A DNA stretch of 32,000 bases from Sulfolobus acidocaldarius DSM 639 (GTDB lineage Archaea; Thermoproteota; Thermoprotei_A; Sulfolobales; Sulfolobaceae). Position numbers and translations under genes: made by a program. Positions 8,285 through 16,763 of the stretch are shown piece by piece (the first letter of the stretch is position 1; each line of letters opens with the position of its first letter). The notes beneath the pieces were generated by a model, which made no database searches, was not told the origin of the DNA, and saw nothing but the letters and a program-made list of their open reading frames with translations. Location of the stretch: assembly GCF_000012285.1 (NCBI RefSeq), contig NC_007181.1, forward strand, positions 1,560,001-1,592,000, given 5' to 3'.

Positions 8285-10210
8285 CTACATCTTATCTCCT
8301 TTAATCTTCTCTTTAAGCCAACTCCTCACATCATAAAACATTATATTGTCATATGGACATGCCTCAGCACAATCTCCTACCCCGATACAACGTGAGGACT
8401 TGAACTCTCCCTTTTTAATAAAGTTTCCAGGTAAGTCAGTGTTTCCCACAGGACATGCTTTACTGCAAGCTTTTGTCTCACATTTCACACACAATTCTGG
8501 ATCCTTAACCTTAAGCCTAAATAGTCCTAGACCACCAAAGAATTGATTGAAAGTACCCCATGAACACCAACCTTGAGTTACACATGCATAATTACCCGAG
8601 AAGGGAATAGATATAAAGACTACATACCATAAGAAATTAAAGTAGAAGGAATAGAGAAACATAGTTGGATCGTTTCCAAAAATAGTTATGTTGAGTATAC
8701 CTTTTTGATCGAAATAAGAAATTACAGCAAAGGCTAAAAGGGAAGACCAGACTGCTATGGCGATGAGCTTATACCATGGTCTCAATTTGCTTGATAAGGT
8801 TTTCCTTGCAAAGCTTGAAGTCCTATTATAAACCTTAAGAGAATTGTAAAATGTACCTTGATACATTGTAGGGGCAGTACAAGTCACTGAACATATCTGT
8901 CTAGATCCAAAGAGAAATGACAGAACAGCAGAAAGCACATAAGTTCCCACAATTCCCGAGAGCAGATAGTCTGTTGAGACAGGTCCTAAAGTGCCCAATC
9001 CCATACTCCACATATAAGGGATATAAGGGATTTTTGAGGCTAATGGGGAAAATGATGGGATGTATACAGCATAGATAGCAAAGGCTGAAACCATTAGAGC
9101 TAATCTGATTCTATTCTCTCTCAATCTTACCTCTTTAATTCTAAATATAGCTAATGTTCCCATCTCTAAACCCATCATAACAAGAAACCAAACAGAGCCA
9201 GTTACGGAACCAAATATGGAGAGAAAGTCAAATAACGCACCGGCACCAAAGTAAGAAAATGGATTTACAAAACCTAAAGGCAGAGAACTTATAAAGCCCT
9301 CTACTCCAGGAGAGAAGTAACTACTAGCAAAGTCTAATACCGCTCCCATAAACCACTCCATTACGAAAGTCATTAGAACGAATGCGAAAGTCCACCTCGA
9401 ATCTCTCAAATAGTTCCCCTTGATGGAGCTTGGTCCCTGTATAGCCCTGTAAATAAACCAGGTCATTCCAAGGATCATGGATATATCGTAAAGATACCAA
9501 GAGCTTGTTACATAATAGGTAAATATACCAGCCATCATTAAAGTGAATATAAGCATTAACTCAAGTGATGTAAACGTCTCTTGAGTTTTCTTTAATCTGT
9601 CCCGATACAATGTGTCGTATATTATAATGGTGGCAACGATCATAAGTAGTGAACTAAGCCATATGGAGAAGGTCGGTAAGATTACAGGAGAGACCACCAT
9701 GATGGGGAGTGTTACAAGTAAGTAATTTCTTATCTGCCGAGTTAAGCTATTAAAAGAATAGACTAATGTGAAAGTCATTTCTGCTAGCATTACTGCGTAA
9801 AACCAATAGTTCTCTGTCCCTATTAACGGATTACCTATGCTCTTGGTTAAAATTGAGTAAAAGCTCTCTCCCATGACTGCCTCAGATATGGTCATCAAAA
9901 GGGAAAAGAGTAGTACAGTGTACCACTTTCTACTCTCTATTTTGCGTCTACTAGCGCCAAGAAGTAGTATACTCACTAGACCCACAATCATGTAAGCTGT
10001 GTTAACTGTCAAGGCTAAAATTTCCGTAGTTAGAGCGGTGTTAGATAGAGCAATAGACAGAGAAATGAACATTGTGAGCATACTCCCGCTTAGGTAAAGT
10101 ACCAGAAGGAATCCTATTCCGTTTATACCCTTTTTTACGAGATATATAAGGTAGACTGACACTGCAGTCATGACTGATGCGATGATCACAAATATTGGCA
10201 GGAAGTCCAT
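8285..10210 (-). CDS. Fusion membrane protein: N-terminal polytopic domain of unknown function plus a NapH/polyferredoxin-like module with a C-terminal 2x Fe-S ferredoxin domain
   Basis: 641 aa. Residues 1-436 hold at least 12 TM helices. From residue 437: RQICSVTCTAP, two TM helices, then CVTQGWCSWG (NapH-like paired Cys motifs). After that come CVKCETKACSKACP and CIGVGDCAEACP (ferredoxin-type motifs, nt 8288-8491). Confidence 0.7.
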   Translation of the reverse strand: MDFLPIFVIIASVMTAVSVYLIYLVKKGINGIGFLLVLYLSGSMLTMFISLSIALSNTALTTEILALTVNTAYMIVGLVSILLLGASRRKIESRKWYTVLLFSLLMTISEAVMGESFYSILTKSIGNPLIGTENYWFYAVMLAEMTFTLVYSFNSLTRQIRNYLLVTLPIMVVSPVILPTFSIWLSSLLMIVATIIIYDTLYRDRLKKTQETFTSLELMLIFTLMMAGIFTYYVTSSWYLYDISMILGMTWFIYRAIQGPSSIKGNYLRDSRWTFAFVLMTFVMEWFMGAVLDFASSYFSPGVEGFISSLPLGFVNPFSYFGAGALFDFLSIFGSVTGSVWFLVMMGLEMGTLAIFRIKEVRLRENRIRLALMVSAFAIYAVYIPSFSPLASKIPYIPYMWSMGLGTLGPVSTDYLLSGIVGTYVLSAVLSFLFGSRQICSVTCTAPTMYQGTFYNSLKVYNRTSSFARKTLSSKLRPWYKLIAIAVWSSLLAFAVISYFDQKGILNITIFGNDPTMFLYSFYFNFLWYVVFISIPFSGNYACVTQGWCSWGTFNQFFGGLGLFRLKVKDPELCVKCETKACSKACPVGNTDLPGNFIKKGEFKSSRCIGVGDCAEACPYDNIMFYDVRSWLKEKIKGDKM

Positions 10211-10414
10211 AGTTGCCTAATTCACTATTAGTTTGAAAGTTTATAAATTTTAATTCTATCGAGCTAATGAAAAATATAAAATTCTAATCATTTTAAAGTA
10301 ATAATAATACTGTAGTCCGTGTAATTTGAGTTTCATTATATATCGCAGGTTTTATTCATAAGTCGGATAAAAATATAGAAAAGCTTTTTATCTTGAATAG
10401 ATAGATCATTCCCT

Positions 10415-11125
10415 ATGCCACAATATCAAATACTAGGTGACGATCTGCAATATTTAAAAGTTGAACTAGCTCAAGGCGAAGGCTTCTATGCAGATGCTGG
10501 TCATATGGTAATGAAAAGCTCTACGGTCAATTTGCAGACAAAAATGAGAGGGGGTATCCTCAGTGGAATGAAGAGAGCACTGACAGGAGGTACGTTTTTT
10601 GTAACTGAGTTTTATGGACCAGGAGAAGTTATGTTATCTGGAATATTTCCGGGCAAAATAGTTCAGGTTCAGGTTCAAGGTTCAATACTTGCTGAAGCCC
10701 ATACCTTCTTAGGGGCAGAGAATACAGTAGAATATGATGCAACTATGGCTAGGTTAACTACTGGCATATTAGGTGGAGAGGGGTTATTCCTTGCTAGGTT
10801 TAAAGGATATGGTAATCTTTTCCTCCACGCATATGGAGGATTATATGTGAAAGATCTAGCACCAGGGGAGACCATTCAGGTTGAGGCATCTCATCTGATG
10901 GCATTCCAAGAGGGAATGAATTATTCAGTACAACTGGTTGGAGGTCTTAGGTCAATATTCTTTGCTCATGAGGGATTATTCTTCGTCACTATCACAGGAC
11001 CGGGTAGAGTGTGGTTACATACATTAACGGTACAGCAGCTAGCTCATGCCTTAAGACCATATTTACCCTCTGGTCAACAGGGAGGAATCAATATTGGTGG
11101 AGGAGGAATAAACATTAATTTATGA
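10415..11125 (+). CDS. AIM24 / DUF124 (TIGR00266) family protein
   Basis: 236 aa. The characteristic pattern runs through the whole protein: YQILGDDLQYLKVELAQGEGFYADAGHMVMKS ... GPGEVMLS ... GGEGLFLARFKGYGNLFL ... LAPGETIQVEASHLMAF ... EGLFFVTITGPGRVWLHTL. Gly-rich tail. Confidence 0.8.
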   Translation: MPQYQILGDDLQYLKVELAQGEGFYADAGHMVMKSSTVNLQTKMRGGILSGMKRALTGGTFFVTEFYGPGEVMLSGIFPGKIVQVQVQGSILAEAHTFLGAENTVEYDATMARLTTGILGGEGLFLARFKGYGNLFLHAYGGLYVKDLAPGETIQVEASHLMAFQEGMNYSVQLVGGLRSIFFAHEGLFFVTITGPGRVWLHTLTVQQLAHALRPYLPSGQQGGINIGGGGININL

Positions 11126-11432
11126 TAACGCGAGGACTGTGTACCTGTTAAGAAGTCCTAAAGTTAGAAATTTTATGATAAAACTTCTTCTTTCTTTATA
11201 TACCATTTTTAATTTTAGGTCAGATCTGGGCTCCTTAGTGACTATACGTTAAGATAGTGCAAAATATAAAATGTTACATTTGTTTAGAGACATATGTCAT
11301 TTTTCCCTATCCTACACTCATTTATTGTATTAAACCTATCCATTACCATAACTATTGAATATTTTCATAAAATGGGTTAGAATTCAAATAGTCAGCTGTA
11401 AAAAATTTTTATCTTACGGTCAAATGAAATGA

Positions 11433-11771
11433 CTACACACCAGCTACTTCTCTTAGTGTTTTGAATATTTGATTAAAGTCTGCTTCTGCGAGTTTTACAA
11501 ATACTCCATAATTTCCCATTACACATACTGCGTACTCTCCAGCTGCCACAGCCCATCCTAGAAAAGGAGTCCACTTCATTCCAGATATTTTACTGAACGA
11601 CTCAGCCTCTACTGTCCCCATTAACGTATTTGCAGCTACCATTTTAGCCACCATTTCCGCTAGTTCCTTAGGTAATTGTCCCTCATATTCGATTAATTTC
11701 CCATCATTAGCGTAATGACCTGCTACTAATGCACCCCTTAACTGCATTAACTTATTTAACTTCTCATTCAT
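11433..11771 (-). CDS. DUF2173 family protein (roadblock/LC7-like fold)
   Basis: 112 aa. LNKLMQLRGALVAGHYANDGKLIEYEGQLPKELAEMVAKMVAANTLM ... GWAVAAGEYAVCVMGNYGVFV ... ADFNQIFKTL matches my memory of the DUF2173 signature. Confidence 0.65.
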   Translation of the reverse strand: MNEKLNKLMQLRGALVAGHYANDGKLIEYEGQLPKELAEMVAKMVAANTLMGTVEAESFSKISGMKWTPFLGWAVAAGEYAVCVMGNYGVFVKLAEADFNQIFKTLREVAGV

Positions 11772-12052
11772 CTATTTTCCCAATGTAAATTGAACTTTCT
11801 TGCTTATAAATTATGTTAATAAAAAATACAAATATTTGTTTAAATATTATTATGAATTTATTAGTAAATTCCACAATGTTTATAGATCATAAAGTTAATA
11901 TAGTTATTTAATATGTGGAAATTTTTATAAAAAAGCTCCTAGTACTTTCACATGGAATAAGTTTTAGATCAAAGTTCACATGGACAGTGAAAATTAATAC
12001 AATATTTTCTAATGAATAAAAAATAAATCCTTTAAATACAAATGAAGTATCC

Positions 12053-12943
12053 ATGAACCCCGCTAAAACCCTTATAAGAGCCATAATAATATTATTGGTA
12101 GTTGGTTTTGTAGTATATATTCTACATGTAGTAATTTCAGGATTTGTTGCACAAAACCAAACCTTAGCACCCTACGCAAGAGATATTGAACTTGGTGTAG
12201 ATGCAGCCTTAGTTGGAATCGGAGGGTATATTATAATAAGGATAATAAAGTACGTAATTGAGGGCTATATATTATCAAGAACAGATAACACAGGATTGCG
12301 GTCCATATCACTTATTGTGGATTTAATTCTATATACATTACTGATTTTAGCCATACTTTCAGCTTTAGGGGTGAACTTGACCGGCGCAGCAATTGGTGGT
12401 GCGGTTGGCGGTGTGGCGATAGGACTAGCTGCTCAAACTGTTGCATCAAATGTATTATCAGGTATATTAGTTACATCGTCCAGGACAGTTAGACCAGGTG
12501 ATTCAGTGATACTACAATCATGGATATGGTCTCCACCAATCATAGGTGAAGTAGAACGTGTAAGTATACTTTTCACTGAGGTCAGAACTAACACAGGCAA
12601 CCTTGTTAAAGTACCAAACTCAGCTTTTCTAGGGAACACTGTGTTTACTAAACTTGAGGATGGTGGAGTGTTAACTTATCCATACCAATTAACAGTAAAC
12701 GCTGACGTTTCTGCTAATCAGCTGTTAGATAGAGTTAAGGGAATATTAGAGGACGAATTTAAGAAGGAGAACTCATTAGTCCCTGATGTCACATTTTATA
12801 GTAAAAATGGAGCTACTAACATATTCCTTGTGAGGATAAAGGTAACTGAGATAAGTAAATTAAACGGATACATTGACATAGTGAACAAAGCCTTCGATAA
12901 AGCTTATTGGGAGCTTAAAAGTCCACCAACCCAAGCCAAATGA
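12053..12943 (+). CDS. Mechanosensitive ion channel, MscS family
   Basis: 296 aa. Three N-terminal TM helices. Pore-helix and beta-domain signature GAAIGGAVGGVAIGLAAQTVASNVLSGILVTSSRTVRPGDSV ... G.V..V....T.VRT..G.LV.VPNS. Confidence 0.85.
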   Translation: MNPAKTLIRAIIILLVVGFVVYILHVVISGFVAQNQTLAPYARDIELGVDAALVGIGGYIIIRIIKYVIEGYILSRTDNTGLRSISLIVDLILYTLLILAILSALGVNLTGAAIGGAVGGVAIGLAAQTVASNVLSGILVTSSRTVRPGDSVILQSWIWSPPIIGEVERVSILFTEVRTNTGNLVKVPNSAFLGNTVFTKLEDGGVLTYPYQLTVNADVSANQLLDRVKGILEDEFKKENSLVPDVTFYSKNGATNIFLVRIKVTEISKLNGYIDIVNKAFDKAYWELKSPPTQAK

Positions 12944-13303
12944 TGAGCAATAAAAACACTTAAACTTGTGACAAAATTCCTCAGTTTACGAGGGAATGAT
13001 AATAATAAATTGTGAATGTAATCCATTGCAATGATGCCATTTGTTATTAGCTTTTATACCGCTAAATTATCATTAGATATAAGGAAAAGATAGAACCTAC
13101 TATTTAGATATAACACCTCATATATTCTTTTTTCTGGCACGACTAATTAGTTTAAAGGGCAAAGTTACAATTTCTTGTCATAAAAGAGGGCAAATTTTCC
13201 ACTGTAATTTTCCCCGTCCATATTAGTAAAGATTACATAAACTTATATTATAAGAATTCAAAAGTATCATTTAAAATATTACAATCGCAAGTATCTTATA
13301 ACA

Positions 13304-14416
13304 ATGGATGATAAAAAGAATGGGAGGTTCTTAATACTTATAGGGAGTTTACTTTTAACCGTGTCTGAATGGTACACCTTCTTCCTCGTTTCTCAGGTAT
13401 CCTTCTTTGTACTTTCCCTGTATGTGGGAATCCTCATCTATACTCTGGGCTTTATAGGAAGAGTGTCAGGAAGTATATTATTTGGGTATATAGGAGACAA
13501 GATGGGAAGAAGACATTCAATCATTCTATCTGCAGTTATGATTATCTTATCCACTAGTCTAATACTGATTTCACCTTCAAATTTACTGTTCCTGGTCATT
13601 GCTAGAACCTTACAAGGTTTAAGTCTCGGTGGAGAATGGGGAGCTGCAAGTACCATATTAGCGGAGAGTTATCTGAACTCAAATTACAGAGTATTTATAT
13701 TGAGTCTAAATCAGTTATCAGTGCCCTTAGGGATCATATTATCTACGTTCTCCATCTTAGTTCTCTCAATCATAAATAAGGTGGAGGACTGGAATTTATT
13801 CCTCTTACTTCCAATATTACTATCCTCCATATCACTTTTTACCTTCAAAGACCTAGGAGAGACTAAATCGCCGTCTACATCTAAAATTCCGTTATGGGAA
13901 GCGATTAGAGACGACTGGAAGAACATATTATTGGCTATAGGTGTTAAAATCAGTGAAAGCTCTAACTACTATATATTCACGTCTTATGTATTTTCGGAGT
14001 CACTCTCGGTATCAGAAATATCTACAATTGTTTTGATAGCTACCATAACCCAGCTTTTTACAATGCCTCTCTTTGGCTATCTAGCAAACTCATTTGGAGT
14101 GAAGAGGGTCATATTATCTGGAATAGTCATATACGTTATTGGCGCAACACTCTTTCTGTATAACATAACTCTGGCTGAGCTCACACTATCTGTCTCTAAT
14201 TCTGCTCTGTATTCTCCACAATCCTCACTCTTTGTGGACTTGTTCAAGAGCAAGTATAGAGTGTCAGGCACAAACTTTTCCTATCAGCTAGCTAGTATAC
14301 TTGGAGGATCCATGGTTCCTTCCGTATTAGCTTTATATCATCTACCATTGCTTAGCTTAGTGATTCCCATTTCAATAATTTCACTTGTTTCGATAAGTTA
14401 CGTAAAGTTAAAGTAG
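13304..14416 (+). CDS. MFS transporter, metabolite:H+ symporter (MHS)-like
   Basis: 370 aa. I count 12 TM helices. SEWYTFF (an EWYDF-like motif) in TM1 and the MFS loop motif GYIGDKMGRRHS between TM2 and TM3. Confidence 0.8.
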   Translation: MDDKKNGRFLILIGSLLLTVSEWYTFFLVSQVSFFVLSLYVGILIYTLGFIGRVSGSILFGYIGDKMGRRHSIILSAVMIILSTSLILISPSNLLFLVIARTLQGLSLGGEWGAASTILAESYLNSNYRVFILSLNQLSVPLGIILSTFSILVLSIINKVEDWNLFLLLPILLSSISLFTFKDLGETKSPSTSKIPLWEAIRDDWKNILLAIGVKISESSNYYIFTSYVFSESLSVSEISTIVLIATITQLFTMPLFGYLANSFGVKRVILSGIVIYVIGATLFLYNITLAELTLSVSNSALYSPQSSLFVDLFKSKYRVSGTNFSYQLASILGGSMVPSVLALYHLPLLSLVIPISIISLVSISYVKLK

Positions 14417-14482
14417 ATTGCTAAGATATCAATGTTGACCCATATAAAACGTAAAACAACGTTTACAGTTTACACTTTTCAC

Positions 14483-15121
14483 TCACACTAAAAACTCCGA
14501 TGAACTTACACCATGCGATACATAAACCATTTTAGGTTTAAGTTTCTTTATCCTCTCTACACTCCTTTTAAGCTCCTCAAAATCCTCGTATATATTAGGG
14601 TATTTCAGTCCTCTCTTCGTACCTTGTAACATATCACCTACTATCACAGAGCCTATTTCAGGTAAGTAAATCGATATAGAATCACTCGTATGACCCGGTG
14701 TCTTCATTATCTCAACGCCCTCCACAAGTTTTCCATCCTTCAATTCAAGGTCAACTTTTGTGCCCTTAAACCCTCTAACGATAAAAGGTCTTGCCAAGCC
14801 GAAAAGGAACTTCTGAAGGGAGGAGTGTAATACAGGGTTCCTGATTTTACCCTCTTGCAGATAGGAAACTCCACTACTTTCTATACCAAACTTAGCATCA
14901 GGTAGAATGTCTTTAAGCTCGTGGGCACTTCCAATGTGGTCTCCGTGCGAGTGGGTGAAAACCACGTACTTTACGTCATCTAAGCTCTTACCTAGTCTAG
15001 TTATCTCTGTGACTATCTTCTTACCATTTCCAGGAGTACCTGAATCAACTAATATCAATCCTTCTTTAGTCTCAATTAAAAACACTTTCACAAAGGACAG
15101 TGGTATCTCAAACACATTCAT
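14483..15121 (-). CDS. MBL-fold metallo-hydrolase
   Basis: HxHxDH motif THSHGDHIGS, downstream TPGHTSDS and VSHG. The ORF track starts at ATG 15154, but ATG 15121 (MNVFEIPLSF...) fits family N-termini and has tgtatttta about 26 nt upstream. Confidence 0.85.
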   Translation of the reverse strand: MNVFEIPLSFVKVFLIETKEGLILVDSGTPGNGKKIVTEITRLGKSLDDVKYVVFTHSHGDHIGSAHELKDILPDAKFGIESSGVSYLQEGKIRNPVLHSSLQKFLFGLARPFIVRGFKGTKVDLELKDGKLVEGVEIMKTPGHTSDSISIYLPEIGSVIVGDMLQGTKRGLKYPNIYEDFEELKRSVERIKKLKPKMVYVSHGVSSSEFLV

Positions 15122-15278
15122 GACATAAGTGAGGTAAACCACCCTAAAATACATTTGTAATAGACTACTAGTATTATGTGTGCTAAAATTAGATAGTGAA
15201 ATTTAATAAAATCTCTAAGGACTAACGTTAGTGAGTTAGAATTTCCACAAAAATCTCTCCTATTTATGGTATGGATGT

Positions 15279-16562
15279 TTAAGATCTAATTAATTTCTCT
15301 TCAGTCTGTAATAGACTAGCGTAGTTTAGGTCCTCTGAGACCACCTGAACTTCAGTTAATCCCTCATTAAGAACCTTGTTGGCATCTTGTTTCTTTATTT
15401 TCATGGCAAGCTTATCATTTACCTCAATACCAATCTCCTTAATCTCGAAATTATGGTCAACATAAAAGCTTAGACAATGCAGAAATTCACCAATATCTCC
15501 AGATCTAGCTTTCTCCACAGTGTTTAGGTATACAGTTTTAATATTACTGGAGCTTGCTAGTCTGTTAACACCTGAATCTGCTGTTACTAACACCACGCTC
15601 TCAGGTAAATACGACTTCAATGTAGCAGTTTCCTTCACAAGTGGTACATCTCCTGACCCCTGATTACCTACACTTATAGGAGGGGGGTGGAGTTTGTTAA
15701 ATGTTGCCATAGCTAAATTAAACTTGAAAATGTTCCTGTCCTTCTGAGTCGATGTCACCTTATTGTTAAGCTCATTATAGGTAGCTTTTGATGGTAGGAG
15801 TCTCCTTCCATAAGTCTTTGAATAAGTTAAGTATCCGAGCCTGAACCCCAGTCTTATATAAACGTTAGTGTCAGCAACAGTAAAGTATCCCTTCTCGACG
15901 TTGTCCTTTAGATCCTTCTCCTCTTTATAGCGCAAGAATCCAGACCTAAAACCACATATGCTAATTTCCTCGTCATTGGAATCATGTATATATTTTACCA
16001 ATTCTTCTATCGTATATGAGTCCCTATTGAGGGAAATTTTTACCTTACCTAGTAGAGAGTATATATTTATCAGGGCATTAAGGCTGTCGTTCGTTAGATA
16101 CACACTCTTCTCATTACTCCTAGTGACCCTTGGGGGATCCCACTTAATAATATCCCCCGACCTCATGTCAAAGACTTTTATCTCGTTGAATGGCAGATAT
16201 CCAAAGACTTTATATCCGGAACTTTCATTTTTTACATAGACGTATCTGATATGTTTTGCTTTTGAGTAAGCATATACTGACGTGGCCATGTACTTTCTCC
16301 CAGGGGTTACGTCAGCAATATCAACCTCAATTTCTGACACTTTTTGTCTCCACTTTTCAATCCCCTCACCTACAATCTCATTCCTCACGGTTGGTGTGAC
16401 ACCAAAGTATGATACCAATTCTTTAATCCCCTCCACACTCTTGGAGGGCTGATCCTCAGATAGTATTATTATTTCATCGGGTATTACTCCTGTAAATATC
16501 TCTGATAAAACCGCATTAGCTGTTGTCACAAGTTTATCTGAACCAAGGACGGCAAGTTTCAT
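15279..16562 (-). CDS. Csa3-like CARF domain protein fused to a PIN-domain nuclease (CARF / wHTH-like linker / PIN / unknown C-terminal domain)
   Basis: 427 aa. Residues 1-135 (nt 16158-16562) form a Rossmann-like beta/alpha series: MKLAVLGSD, DEIIILSED, VDIADVTPGRKYMATSVYAYS, HIRYVYVKNESSGYKVFGY. These parallel Csa3 CARF segments, including its D-x-T-x-G-x-[RK] strand-helix junction. Residues 224-347 (nt 15522-15893) carry a PIN acidic quartet: FTVADTNVYI (D231), YNELNN (E264), SGDVPLVKETA (D305), VVLVTADSGVNRLA (D329). The domain calls are motif-based, with no HMM search. Confidence 0.6.
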   Translation of the reverse strand: MKLAVLGSDKLVTTANAVLSEIFTGVIPDEIIILSEDQPSKSVEGIKELVSYFGVTPTVRNEIVGEGIEKWRQKVSEIEVDIADVTPGRKYMATSVYAYSKAKHIRYVYVKNESSGYKVFGYLPFNEIKVFDMRSGDIIKWDPPRVTRSNEKSVYLTNDSLNALINIYSLLGKVKISLNRDSYTIEELVKYIHDSNDEEISICGFRSGFLRYKEEKDLKDNVEKGYFTVADTNVYIRLGFRLGYLTYSKTYGRRLLPSKATYNELNNKVTSTQKDRNIFKFNLAMATFNKLHPPPISVGNQGSGDVPLVKETATLKSYLPESVVLVTADSGVNRLASSSNIKTVYLNTVEKARSGDIGEFLHCLSFYVDHNFEIKEIGIEVNDKLAMKIKKQDANKVLNEGLTEVQVVSEDLNYASLLQTEEKLIRS

Positions 16563-16763
16563 GTTTATATATATCTAAATAGATAATTAAAACCTTAATG
16601 TGAGAAAAATTAAGAGGAATTCATCTCTAACTTTACTGGAGCGTCGTAACGCTATTTTGTTAGAGTGTATTACTCAGAGTGATATTTAGGCAAAACTCGT
16701 TAGATAAAACCTGTATAGCAAGAAATGGAAAAAATGGAGAAAAAGAAAATATAATAGTATTAT

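Noticed and set aside
10661-10686. Short tandem gttcag/gttcaa repeat inside the AIM24 gene
   Set aside because: It simply encodes VQVQVQGS in frame. It is too short and imperfect to be a meaningful repeat.
13304-14416. Suspicion that the 370-aa MFS gene is N-terminally truncated (a pseudogene), because of its short length and the 360-bp upstream gap
   Set aside because: I count all 12 TM helices, and the TM1 EWY-type motif and the TM2-3 GDKMGRR loop are in their normal positions. It appears compact but intact.
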